Under the pieces are notes generated by a model, which was not told the origin of the DNA, did no database searches, and was given only the letters and a program-made list of their open reading frames with translations. DNA of 63,051 nt, the filler included, from Platydemus manokwari (Eukaryota), in the NCBI GenBank assembly GCA_037951405.1. It is 6 parts of 6 records of this genome, joined end to end, with 100 filler letters (N's around TTAATTAATTAA, not from the genome) between each part and the next. Parts side by side here need not be neighbours in the genome. Positions count along the whole stretch, not along the records: positions 31,348 to 42,775 come from JBBMOY010679986.1; positions 42,876 to 53,476 come from JBBMOY011121107.1; 4 more parts are not named here. One strand, given 5' to 3'. The translations under genes were made by a program, and so were the position numbers. Positions 38,986 to 51,974 of the stretch are shown here, in pieces; the stretch's first letter is position 1; every line of letters begins with the position of its first letter.

Positions 38986-41007
38986 GTAATTTTATTTTAT
39001 ATATGTATTGACGAATAATAAATGAGTTCAATTTCAAATTATTCTTAAAATTTGAACAATTTGGTTTATAATATTAAGTGGTCGTTGGAGTGAAATTAAC
39101 GATTTACAATTCATTTTATCCATTATTAATGAATTTATCAATGTGAGAATTTTCTCTCCAATCAATCATTTAATATCATCCATTCATGATCTATCTTTTG
39201 AAAAAATCTGCCAATCTTTTGATGTGTAGGACACGCTGATTTGAATATCTTTGCCTAATGTTAATTTATCATTGTCGAATATGCTCTCCAATAAATAAAA
39301 TGATTGCACACATACACACACATAAACGTAATCATTTGGTCGACTGGCAGAGAAATTAAATAGTTAAAATGTTTACATTCGATGTTTTCAGATTGAATTT
39401 TGTGTAAAAGTATTTTTAAATTATCTCTATTTTATGAATTTCGTTTTAAAAGATTTGTGACATCGATTGGGTTTTTTTCAAGTGCTATGAACGAAATTAT
39501 AAATAAATCAATAACATTTTAATGGTAGTATATATATTTTATGTTTATCAAATTAGGAATTTAATTTTTGAAGAAATTTGTAGTAATTTCGAAGTGTTCT
39601 GCGATGTAAAAGATGAATCAAATTAAATTATAAAGCACACACTGTAAACGAATCGATAAGTTGTTGCACGTAAAATTATATTTAACTGGAGTTTATTTAA
39701 ACAAATTAATGCTTTTAATAAGAATTCTGATTATAATTTTTTGTAATTCTAATTCATTATGAAATCCTTACAACCTCTCTCTTTAAAATTTTTGATTTTT
39801 TAAAGTAATCTTAATTATCTCTGGATCGAGTTCTCTAGATATTTATTTATATAAATATCTGTGTTTCTCCTATTTACTTTATATCTTTATTTCTTTATAT
39901 CTTTTTATCTTCTCTATATCTTCCTTCTCTTTTATATTTTGTATCCCATTGATCTTCACATAATAGAATTCAAATGCGTGGTTGATAGGCAGTGGTAATA
40001 AAATTGTTTAAATTATCAGAAATATTGATTTCACTCATTATTAAGCTTTTTAATATTTCCTACAATAGGATTATTATTATAGAATTCCTAAAATACCAGT
40101 TTAAACCGATTTTTGAATTATTATAAAATATTAATCGTTTAAATTTATTGATAAAATACTGTATTCACAGAATACAGTGCAAAATTTTCTAATTCATTCA
40201 AAACCAGTTTATTCATAGTTTCATAGACGATTATCATTTTATCAGCTTTTATAAGACTTGCGGGAATCTGTCGTTTAAACAATTGATTATTCCAATATGT
40301 AACGGCAGCATGAAATCATCGATTTCTTAGTCCTCTCTAATCATCAGAATCTAATAAAACTTCACGATTTTATTATTCATTTAACATTGTGTCCATAATA
40401 CTCCAAATACTTGCAAATAAAATATTTGAAAACATTGTAAAAATGATGTGAATTTGTGCCTAACGAATTTAAAATCAATTCTACTTGATCAAAAATCAAC
40501 ATATTAAAAATACATAATAAATCTGTCAGCATAATTTTGTCGTCATGATCGTTTGATAGTGGGTAGATCGATATTGGTTGGTATTATATTTTAGATCTTA
40601 TAAATATTATAAATAATTATTAGATTGGTTGCGGTATTGCCATAACAAGTATATTATTGATGTAATTCTCACTATATGGTCACAAATTCAATTCAAATAT
40701 CACTTGAAAACGAATTGGAAATATTTTTGTATCATTAAAGTTTCTTCAAAAATGATTTTGAAACGAATTTCTTCGATTTTTTTTGTTGAATTTTAAATGG
40801 CCCTATTTATGGTAGATAAACATTAATATCATTTTTAAAGCTATGATAAATATATTAAAGCTATGATAAAGCTTGATCGATAAATTGTGTAAATGAGATG
40901 AGACATCTTGAAAAATTACGAATATTATTTGTGTGCATTGATTTCTTTGTTTCTGTAATATTTTTCCGGTGTTTTCTTGCATTGATGAACTCATAAAATT
41001 TTTACAG

Positions 41008-41266
41008 CAACCTCCTTGAAACATGAAGCAAAAGGATTAGGCCAACATCTTCTCCAGTTGAATGTCAACCATAATATCGGTCCACAGAAGTTACCAAAAA
41101 CTATTAATCGCAAATCCGCCAATGAAACTGCCCGCAAACAGACGAAAAGCATTCACAATTCAATCAACGATTCAAATAATTCAGAAATAGCTGATGATTT
41201 CTCGGTTACAATGGGCAGCATTTTAAGACCAGATCGAGCTTGGTTGATACTCATAATGCTGTTAGT
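41008..41266 (+). CDS. GRAMD1: GRAMD1/Aster-like gene, linker and start of the TM helix
   Basis: Acceptor ttacag|CA and donor GT|gtaaaa. Ends RAWLILIMLLV; phases are compatible with both neighbouring exons. Confidence 0.8.
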
Positions 41267-41489
41267 GTAAAATGGAATTTTACTTTTTAATCATAAATTT
41301 ATTAGTTTCTAATATTTCCATAGCAGGAATAAAATTTTTTTTGACATCTTAGGGTTAACTCTTAGCTTATATTTTCCTGGATAATTTTTCTGTCATGTTA
41401 TTTCCAAATATTGATTTTAAAGATCATTTTAGATTTAATTCCATCATTTCTAAAATCATAATAATTGTTGAACCAATAATCCTTTATGT

Positions 41490-41612
41490 CAGAGGTGGCA
41501 AACTTTTAAGTACGTAAGATCGACTTTTCATTTGAATAACATCTCACGCGACCGACTAAAATTGGCTTCAAGATCGATCAGTCGATCGCGATCGACCGGT
41601 TGGCCACCCCTG
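41490..41612. mobile_element. hAT (Buster-type) MITE, 123 bp, in a GRAMD1 intron
   Basis: TIRs CAGAGGTGGCAAAC / GTTGGCCACCCCTG. Perfect 8-bp TSD CTTTATGT at 41482-41489 and 41613-41620 with central TA. Confidence 0.92.
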
Positions 41613-42040
41613 CTTTATGTTACTGTTTCTTTCCTTATTTTTTATTTTTCTCTCTCTTCGTTTTGAATCGTTATCATAATTAAGAAAATCAGAGGCTGGT
41701 TATCAAAGAAATATTTATCATTAGTACTGGTATAAATATTTAATAATAATGAAAGATTGATGTTGTTGCTATTGGAAACAGAATTCGAAACATTGACATA
41801 ATCGATCTTTAAGTAATCAATGTTCATAACTCATTTATCTCACATGTATTCCCTTATACATTGATAAAATATTATTTATTTAAAATATAAATATTCTCCC
41901 GCCTTTCTTTACCAGGAACATGATATTGATTATGTGATTTATAGCTCTTTATTCATGAAATCAAATCAAAGAACAGATTTTACTGACAACCATATATATC
42001 AATCAATAATAATCGATTTAATATTATGTCTCGATTTTAG

Positions 42041-42266
42041 AAGCTTAATTATTTGCCTTTGTCTCTCATTTCTTTATTCGCGATTCCGTCAGTTGGAGGA
42101 AATGACAAATATTGAAATTAATCGACATCATCTCACCAGAGATGCTTCTTCATTTGATGCAGGTTTTGATTGGAAAGCAATTCTTCGAAAACAACAGCAA
42201 ACCCAATCCGCAGAAATATCGCAATGGAAATCTCTAGTCGATAATTCAATCGATCTAATAGACCAG
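42041..42266 (+). CDS. GRAMD1: GRAMD1/Aster-like gene, TM end and luminal helix; final exon not found before the gap
   Basis: Acceptor ttttag|A and donor CAG|gtattc. Reads SLIICLCLSFLYSRFRQLEE...WKAILRKQQQTQSAEISQWKSLVDNSIDLIDQ (compare GRAMD1 ELQKWREII.SSV.LLDQ). Confidence 0.85.
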
Positions 42267-42775
42267 GTATTCTAAGATTTCATTTCCAAATCGATATAAA
42301 CAATATTATATGCAGAGATATTGATAAATCTTAGTGCTGAAATAGATTATTAAGATTTAGTGTTATAAAATCATGAATTTCCTTGGGGTTTTATTCAACA
42401 ATTAAAAATATTTTTATCAACCTCCAACTATTACAACTGTTCTATTATTTTAAACTTAGTTTTACATTGATCATTTTATTATAAATACCATGGGCACTGC
42501 ATCTAAAACATTGTATCTAAGACTATTATTCTCAACTGCTGTTTCTATGGACACAGGATTGTAATAGCAGGATAAAACCATAAATATATATAAAGGGTTT
42601 TATATTCATCTTTAACACCTCTAAGGAAATTTTGTTATTTTGAAGTATTCAGTTTTGTCAAAAAGTTGAAAATTGCTCTAAAGAATCATTACGATCGAAT
42701 CAAGAAATTTAGCATATAAGGAAATGATAATAATTATTCCATTGATTAAGTTTAGAATTATTAGCTATATTCACA

Positions 42776-42875
42776 NNNNNNNNNNNNNNNNNNNNNNNNN
42801 NNNNNNNNNNNNNNNNNNNTTAATTAATTAANNNNNNNNNNNNNNNNNNNNNNNNNNNNNNNNNNNNNNNNNNNN
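42776..42875. other. Artificial contig linker
   Basis: N44-TTAATTAATTAA-N44. Confidence 0.97.
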
Positions 42876-42899
42876 TTCAACAATAATAATTGGGAAAAC

Positions 42900-43443
42900 G
42901 CCTTAATGTATACTAATTAAGACCGGGTTAAACATCTTGTCGACCAGTATAATCTATTTTTACTATATTTTACTGTTTAATATGAAATGATTCTCCAATG
43001 CCAGAATTTATTGTTGTAAATAAACCAACTCCAGCACCACAATATCAAGCAATTGTAAGTAAAATTCCAAAACCTGAAAGAACTGGTAAAATAATTGATA
43101 TTATAGTTAAAGCTCCAACAGATGTTAAAATAAAATACTTAAGACCACTATCAAATTTTGTCTATTTATTTTTTAACTCATTATAATGACTTAATAATTC
43201 CTCTAAAACTTTTTGCTCATTCAAATAATTTTCAATTCTAAGTTTATTAATATTTAATTATAATAAATCATTTTCATAATTTAAATACATCGGAGCACTT
43301 GGATTGTAATCATTTGGGTTATTATTAGAGTATTCTTCAAGTGTGGGGTAGGAATTCTTTTGAATGGAGTTTGTTAGAACATAGTTCCCCTCCTTCTCTT
43401 TTATTTGATCCAAACTATTCGAACCAAGTTCCTTCACCTCCAT
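42900..43443 (-). pseudogene. Maverick/adintovirus-like two-TM membrane protein ORF, degenerate
   Basis: Reading through in-frame stops gives MEVKE...SYPTLEE...YNPSAPMY...LRIENYLNEQKVLEELLSHYNELKNK*...YFILTSVGALTIISIILPVLSGFGILLTIA*YCGAGVGLFTTINSGIG. PSAP, coiled coil and hydrophobic hairpin form a layout typical of Maverick membrane ORFs. Confidence 0.55.
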
Positions 43444-44328
43444 TTTTAAGAAAAATTAATGGAAAGAAAGGAGAAGGGAAGGGAAGGAACTTCGTTCAAC
43501 TTCGTTCGAAAAAAAAGAATTTCATTCGATTTCATCAACTTTGTTCAACAGAATTTAATTTATGCTATAGCTTACGTTGTTTAATAATACAACAAGTCGG
43601 GATAATTTTCTGCAAATAATTCTATGATTTCATTTTTGTCTTAACTAGTTTAAATAACGTTCAATTATTACAAATTCCAAGAGATTGCTCTTTGATGGTC
43701 TATCCGGAAATATTATACCAATAAATAAAATAATTTTATATGGTTTATCAAATTCTTTAAGTTTTTTTATCATTTCAGTAGATGCAATACTTTCCATTTT
43801 TTGATTTTTTATTAAACTCATAAATTAATAATCTAGGTTTTTTAGACATTAAATCCTATTTCTTTCGAAGGTAAGGAAAAGAACATTTATCAATACATAA
43901 ATACGCTGCCCCATGATTACTATCCAAGAAGACAGTTCCATCTTTTGTTCCAATACAACTTCCTTGTCCACTAACATATTGAACAAGAAATATAAAATTA
44001 AATCTCTCTAATTTACATCCCACATACTCTTTAGGAAATTTAGGTTCATAAGTAAAATTACCATCAACTCCTATATTATTACTTTCACTATTATAAAATT
44101 CCTCAAAACTATACTACAGATCTATATTGTGTTTATTAATTATCTTGAGATATTTTAGAAAATTTTTTGATGGATTACCATTAAAAACAGATTTTCATTT
44201 ATATCACAACTAATATTATTCTTCCCTTTCGTTGTACAGATAAATTTCTTTTCTATCCCCTCGTCAAAAATACTAACATTAATTGGTTTTCTTAAATCAA
44301 TGAAAGCTTCTTTCAATATTTTTATATA

Positions 44329-44600
44329 CGGTAAAATCCCGAGTATAAGCTGCAGCTAATACGTACATAACGGCAACATTTTTGAATTGCAGCTAATATG
44401 ATGTGCAGCTTATACAACTAGAAAACAATTCAAATCGAAGATAAGATTATTTATTTCAATTTTCAACATCACACTCCTCAAAACCAAAAATGTCATCTGC
44501 ATCTAATACGCGCTGCAGTTTGTACTCGGGATTTTACAGTTTTTATAAAAATGTCATCTGCAGCTGATACGCGCTGCAGCTTATACTCGGGATTTTACAG
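44329..44600. mobile_element. Tc2/pogo-type MITE with duplicated right end
   Basis: 28-bp TIRs CGGTAAAATCCCGAGTATAAGCTGCAGC / GCTGCAGCTTATACTCGGGATTTTACAG, flanked by TA. A second copy of the right end lies at 44486-44539. Confidence 0.88.
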
Positions 44601-45029
44601 TAATTTATATTTTTAAAGATATTATTTCATTTTTTTCTAATTCCACCTCAGTCAGAACACCAAGTTTTTTCTTTATCATCCCTATAAATTCAGCTTCTAT
44701 TTTTCCTTCCATGAGTTTTAAACTTTTAAAGTTTTCGGATATTAATTTTATTTCTTTTTCATTTATTTTTTTTATTATCATTTACCAATGTAAATAACGA
44801 TTAAAATTACCTTTAAAATAACAGATCAAAATAGGAATTTAATAAAATTTTGCGGAGAAAAAATATCTTTGAGAATTCATTTCAAACAAGTTTGAACGAA
44901 GTTTTCCCAGTTATTTTTTTTTTATTTTTTAAAAACTGGATTTAATAAATTTTTTAGCTAAATATGGTGTTAATATAATAATAATAATAATACATATATA
45001 AGGAGTGAAAATAGAGAAATCTTTTTGAG

Positions 45030-46215
45030 TTTGGCAGACTTGATAAGATGCACACCAATTTTTTATATTTACTTTCATATTTCTCCCGAAGTATTTCTTA
45101 GCCGTGAATGCGTTTTCCTGGCAGATAAGTGGTCCCCTAAGGTGGCATCATGATACTCAAGTAGCAAGGTATCTTGTAGCGATTGTGATACGATAAAAGT
45201 GTGCGTGTCCGCTCTTGTATTTTCAAAATATCTCTTTCGAGTGCAATTTGATTCCTATATTTTTAATAAATTTTGGACATTAATCACTTGGCAATTTCTC
45301 CATCTCGGTGGGGGATTATCTATGTGAATCAAATATTTTCTTATAGCTTCATCTTCCTTTTGTAATCGCCTAATATCTGGATTCTGCCCTAATGAATGGA
45401 CGGAAAGAAAAACGTTATTATTCTCTAGCGGGATCTGCTCTGGATAATGCGTCTACATTTGAATTTGTTTTGCCTTTTCTGTAACAGATACTTCTAAAGG
45501 TTAAGTGACTTGAGTCTAGGCGTTGTAAGAGACACTAGAGACCGTTGATAAAAACTAGAAACCGCTCTACTGCTTAGACTATTGCCAATGCTTCTAATTC
45601 AATATCGACATTGTTATCCACTTAAACTAGAACTCATCCGATGGCGTAACTATTTACATCCGTCAAAATGATAAAAGGTTTACTCACGTCCGAGTGCCTG
45701 AGAATGTGTTAGGCAATGAGGCTTTGTTTCAATGCCATGAATGCTTATTCCTGTTCAGGTCCTCATCAAAGTGTTTTGTCCTTCTGTAGTAATTCGTTTA
45801 ATAGACTAGCTATGACCGCACAATTGCGCATAAATTTTTTATAATAATTTACTAATTCGAGAGACAATTGAATGTGTTTGCTCATTTTTAGTTTGAGATA
45901 CAACTCAATCTTAGTAATGCATGCTCTATTCGGTTTGACACCTTGCCCGAATGAAATGTGTCATAAATATTTAACTTCCTTCTTCACCTATTTGCATTTT
46001 GTAGGCTTCAATTTTACACAAGTCATGATAACTTTCTTCAGCACTTCTTCTATGTCTCGAATATGTTCATCGAAACCATTGGAGAAAACGATAACATCAT
46101 CATTGTACACCATTGTGTGGTGTGTCTATTAATTCATAGAACGTTAAAAAGTTGCAGGGGCTCCAATAAGTGGTATATTATAGGACGTATTCTTTGAAAC
46201 ATTTACGCCTGTACT
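45030..46215 (-). mobile_element. Ty3/Gypsy pol remnant (RT, RNase H, integrase Zn finger)
   Basis: Minus strand APATF, VYNDDVIVFS, LTDVNSYAIG, NVDALSR, YHDATLGDHL, in Gypsy order, with many stops and frameshifts. Confidence 0.88.
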
Positions 46216-49200
46216 CAAAAATTCGAAATATTTCACTCTCTTTGGAGGTCCAAAAAAGTAATTTTTATTATCATTGTAAACGTTTTATGCCTATTGATAA
46301 AATACTCTGCATGTCATCATTTTTACTTTTTATTGTTGATGTTTTAAAATATAGATATATTTGGTGTTCCTGATATGCATGAGTAGCTAATCTGATTTCC
46401 AGAACTAGTCAATTTATGTATGCTTAATATACTACTCAGAACCAAGAATTAATAATTAAAGTTCTAGTTGAAATAAATATACTTTGCTTTTAGCTAAATT
46501 TTTTCATATCATAAAAAACAATGAGCATTTATAATTTCAATACAGATTTTTAGTCCAGGTTTTCTTACATCTTTTTTTGACATGTCTTAGGGAAGACATT
46601 GGGATAATGAAAAAATGTTTGTTTCAGAGAAAGCCGTTATTGTTTGATGGCTTCTACTAATGGGCGTCGTTAGAAAAGATTAAGAACCATAAGCATTCTT
46701 GAAAATATCATAAATAAGCTTGATAAATAAGTTCAGATTTAGAAGCAGGAACCGCATATTTCTATGCAAAAGATTTGATGATAAAAACTGATTGGAAGAA
46801 TAAGGTAAAATATGACGTAATCTAAAGTTATTAAATTGATATTGAAATTTAACATTTGATGAATACAGATTAAAATTATTTAAGACTTCAAGCACAGAAT
46901 TTGGCATAAATATTTTCAAAATAATGTAACTCACATTTTCCCAAATGAATATTGATCACAAAATTTCTTAACAAATAAATTTTTCTGCTTTTTAAGTTGA
47001 AAATCTATTGTTATAATTTTAGTTTTAATGCCAAAATATCCACTGCCTTGTTCAAATATTTATGAAAACAATAGCAGTATCTTTACCAACGTTCCTTTTG
47101 TTCATCTTTGAATTGGTTCGAAAAATACGCATAAATTTCTTCATTCATATATCATTTCTGTTCTCAATTAAACAAGCCAAGATATAGAGGAGCATTTTTA
47201 TTAGAATAGTAATAGCACTGAAATGTGCATGTTATATAATATCGGTTATATCGAAACAATGAGCTTGGTTTTATTGCTTAAAAAACATATCAAGCAAATA
47301 TTTTAAAAATAAATCTTCATGTTGTTAAAGGGGCTCATTTATGATATTTTATTCATTCTGCAATGTTGGCATTAAAAATTAGTGATACAAATTTAAATGT
47401 TTCTATTTATTATTCCATGACAACACATTCACAATTACCCATTGCACATTAGTTATTAGATATGGCATTGTCCAACATATGAAATAATGAATTTCACGAC
47501 ACACATAATTTGTCATTGTTCATACAAATAAAATGAACATTTAAATGTCTTTGAATGAAATCAATTATTCGTGTTCGAACCCTTCAAATACATTTAAAGG
47601 TTGAATTAAAAGTTATTCTGCGACACCATGTCAAGTCCAGCAGGATTTTATATATTTTATTATATTATAATCAGCGATATATAAATGGTTTATTTGTTAA
47701 TAGCTTTATCAATGTGATTAATGAAAAGAAAGTGAAGGTCACTGTACAAATTGAGGCATGATTTGACTATTTTTGACAGAAAAACCTCGGGATCACATCG
47801 TTAATGAACAATTGCAGAACGATTTTAAAGCCAGTAGAGAGTTGGAAAATTCAATTCAGGGAAAATTGTTATGATAACACATTTATTCTATAATTTAAAA
47901 ATAAATTATGATGAGTGGAACTGTTCTGGAGTTATATTTCTTTCAATGTTTACTCAATAGGAGTCTCATTCTGTTATGTTGCGATAAAATAATAAGCATA
48001 TTGATATTAAAATTCGACTTAGTTTTTCATTAGTTTTGCTAGATTTGACCACCCTAAATTAACACGCCAGGTAAATGTTGTAACCCAATTATACCCAATT
48101 GAACAGCTCTGAAAATAAGCAACAAAACAGTAAAAACGTATTAATTAATTAGTTTATTGGTTTAATTAATTTCATTAATAATTCTTACGCTAAAAAAGTA
48201 TTTCAAATGAGCATTTCATAAGGATCATTTAGAGTTCCTGTTGTCAACGAGTTGTCGCTTCATTTCTTCAAACACTAAATATGTATGGACTTGAGTCTAG
48301 GAAGAGTTTCTTTGGTAATTAAGATGTTAATATCTAATCATATTAAACTGGCATATCAAGTAAAAGCACAAGTTAAAATCAATAAATATAATAATAACAA
48401 TAATCAATGAACATAAACTCAATAAAAATAATAAATAATAATATTAAGCTTTTAATTAAATTTCACCATAAAGTGTAAAAAATAAATTTATTATTAAAAT
48501 CAATAATAGATTTTTATCCAGTAAATTTTTTAAATCCAATTGATTATATGTTTTCATTGCATCCACACAATATTTGACCCCCTTTATTTGTGCAGTTCAG
48601 GTAATCATCATGTTATTCTCCTTCAATATCTTTGCTAATTGCTTAGAAAATGAAATGATAAAAAAGTGATTTCAAACTGAATTATTATAACGATAATTAT
48701 AATTCTTATTAATTTGTAAAAAGATTTTTTAATTCAAAAGATTTAGCGAAGGTTATATTTAAGTGAATCGAATTAATTTTTAAAATAACGTCAAAAAATC
48801 AATAAAATGCAATGACTGATTTCAAAATGATAAGCCACTTGATCAAATAATCGATGGCATGTATACGTCCCAACTTGAAAAATAATAATAAAATGATAAT
48901 ATTAATAATATATTAATAATATTATAATCAATAGTTTTACATATTTCACAATCAGCTCAGGCTCTCACTTAAATTGCACTTTGAACTAAGATTGTTCCAA
49001 ATAAAATTTAAATTTACAAATCGATAATTAAATAAATGGAATTATTATTAAATCGAAAAATGAATAAATCTATAAAAAATATTGAGTAGCTTAGAAACTT
49101 ATTATTGATCTCAATTAATCAATTTTTAAAATATTTCATTCATCGTGACTTCCGCTAATAAACAGAACAAAGTAATTAATTGTTGATTAGTTAGTCCCCA

Positions 49201-49320
49201 TTATCGGTATGATTAAAACTAAAAATACGGAACAATGATTGTGTCGGTTACGTAATAATTGAAGGCTCAATTACATGAATATGATAACAGACAACAATCA
49301 TTCGCTGTTTGTAACTCCAT

Positions 49321-49330
49321 TTATATAAAT
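49321..49330 (+). promoter_or_regulatory. Candidate TATA box of the acidic-protein gene
   Basis: TTATATAAAT about 60 bp upstream of the ATG at 49386. The AT-rich background weakens this call. Confidence 0.35.
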
Positions 49331-49385
49331 ACGAGATTATTAAATATAATTTATTAAATTATCATCGTGACCAATAAAATTCGAC

Positions 49386-49925
49386 ATGACCACCGAATCA
49401 TCTGAAATTGTTCAAGGTATTCCAGTAGTTCAATCAACTGAAATGAGAGAAGAAGTCGATAATCAACACAATGATGAAATTAATGAAATAGATGACCAAG
49501 TAAGAGAAATTGATTTGAATGATACAGCTGAAATAAATGAAGTGGAAAAACCTGTTGACGAAGAACCCACAAATGTTGCCGAAATTGTTGAAGAATTGAA
49601 CCAGATTGATGAATGTAATGATATCGGTTCTGAACAAATCAACGAACCAAATGAAGTTATCAAGGAAATCCAAAACGATCATCCATCAGGTGACGAGACA
49701 AATGAAATAAACGAAATCGAACAAATTATAGAAGAAACAAAAAATGTGAATGAAATTGTTGAAGAAAAATCCGAAGGCAGTGATTTGAAAAGCAATGATT
49801 TTGATGAATCAAGCGAAACGAAAGAAATAATCGATGAAAAGCAAACCAATGATGAAGTTGATGAAGAGACGAAAGAGAAAGATGAATCTCAAGAAGCAGT
49901 TTCTGATCAGCCAACTGAAGCATAA
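49386..49925 (+). CDS. Intronless, highly acidic low-complexity protein (179 aa)
   Basis: Uninterrupted ATG-TAA ORF with strong GAA/GAT/AAT codon bias, recurrent EINE(I/V) and EIVEE motifs, an upstream TATA and AATAAA just after the stop. Confidence 0.7.
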   Translation: MTTESSEIVQGIPVVQSTEMREEVDNQHNDEINEIDDQVREIDLNDTAEINEVEKPVDEEPTNVAEIVEELNQIDECNDIGSEQINEPNEVIKEIQNDHPSGDETNEINEIEQIIEETKNVNEIVEEKSEGSDLKSNDFDESSETKEIIDEKQTNDEVDEETKEKDESQEAVSDQPTEA

Positions 49926-51974
49926 ATCGAATAAAATATTCTTTGAATAAATGTATTGATTCGTAAATATGTGATTTGAATATATAATTTAATATTAAAA
50001 ATCGATGATATGTGTTGTGATTTGAATGAATGATTTGATATTGATTGTTGATGGAGGTGAAATGATGAGAAATATCGATAACAAATCAATAAATAAAATA
50101 TATTTATCTGAATATATATTGTTATCATTAGATTAGAATTGATTAGAAACGTTGTTGAAATTTGTTTTAATGATTGGAATGATTTATTCAAATGTTGACA
50201 ATTATTTGAATTAAATGGTGATGACATTGTTGGTGTTTTCCATGAGTTATTCATTTATTTATACAACAGACCGAGATACGTTTTGGATGTCGGGGATATA
50301 AATTCCTGCTTTATTTCAAAAATAATTCGCTAATAACTCAAACTATTTATTGATTAATAAAATCATTGCTTTTACGCAACATCTTCATAAGTTTAACTAA
50401 ATGATCGAATATCGATTTAATCGATTTATTTTAAAATATATTTTTAAGCAAGAAATTTTTTTTATAATTATAAATAAATATAATTATTTAATAATATATC
50501 TCCAATAGCAATGAATGAACTATTTGTTGATAATCAATGAATTCACTTCGATAACAGATTTATCTTAATGCTATGCTTGAATCATGGAGTCGAATAATAT
50601 CCTCCTAAATAAATAAGTGCATTTGAATTTTATCTAATTTTATAGCTGAGATTTTTCGATATTTTTTGACTTGTATTTACTTTATATTTTTAAAATAATT
50701 TTTTTACTTAAGAAGTCCTTGATAAAGAAGACCTATTAATAGCAATTTTGTTCATTCCAGAAATTATCGATAAAGCTAAGCAATTAATTTTCTGCTACGA
50801 GTATCCTTAATTGTGGCAGGTTCTTTCAGAGCTGCATTTAGTTATTGCAATGACTATTGTTTTAAAAGTCACTATATCTGTTATCATCAATAAATCCAAT
50901 CATAAACTTGAAACATAACCCCTTGAAACATGTAATTCCTTCAAATCTGAAAATCCTTAAATTCCAATAATAATTATCAACAATAATCAAGAACAAAACT
51001 ATTCTTTCTAAACTGTGTTTGAAGGTGACCAATTCTATATCAATTTAATGTCAAACGAAATTTGAAAAACTAATTGTTATAGAGTACACGTGTGAATTGA
51101 ATTTAAAAATCGATAACTTTAAACTTTATCAAAAATTATTTCAACTAATAAATAAGGAGATTTGTTTTAATTACATTCTGTTCATTATTATATTTTAAAA
51201 TTATTATTATATTAGCATTGGGTGATCTGTAGGTGAGCTGTTCTCTAGTTCATCTAATTTTTTTATTAATAGTAAGTTACCTTTAAACTTAAATGATTAT
51301 TTGTAGACCTTTAAATGTGTCAGTTGTGTAAATAAAATTTTAAAGATGTTTTTCCTATTTGTAGTACAAAATCTAATTAACCAATCGGTTCAAAGAACTG
51401 AACAGTTGACCAATTTATCGAAAAACTGAAATTATGATGTAAAATATTTGTACCAACAAAACAAACCATCTAATAAACTTCTCAAGGTAAATAGCGAAAT
51501 GGTTGCAATTAATCTGAATTCAGGTCGACGACGTTATTATTTCTCCAAATTTCAAAATGATGTTCGCAATAAAGCTGAGAAGGTCAGTCTTGACGGATAT
51601 ATTTAGGAACCAAAAACAATAAATATTAAACTAGAAAAATACCTTGACAACAAAGTCTACATAAATACCTGCAATTCATTTTCCACTGAATCTCTTTAGC
51701 TAATAAATCAAATTCCAAAGTTCCATAACGAATTATATTTTTAGTGTTTTCTATTATTTTCGTAAATTTACTTTCAAAGTTTTTTAACGGATAAATTATT
51801 GAATGCATTATGATAAAACTTTCCCAATATGATTTCCCATATATTACAGTTCAATATTCGATCACCCTGTCTAACAAATCATTGAAATATGTAATCATTA
51901 GTTTGCCCTATTTTAATACTTTTTCTAAAGACAGAAAAATCATTTTTGAGATTTTATCATTTGAGATTTTATCA

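Noticed and set aside
42998-43186. Plus-strand ORF MPEFIVVNKPTPAPQ
   Set aside because: Antisense of the hydrophobic hairpin of the minus-strand virus-like membrane ORF.
49434-50254. Hydrophobic minus-strand ORFs over and after the acidic gene
   Set aside because: Antisense shadows of GAA/GAT-rich codons and 3' UTR sequence.
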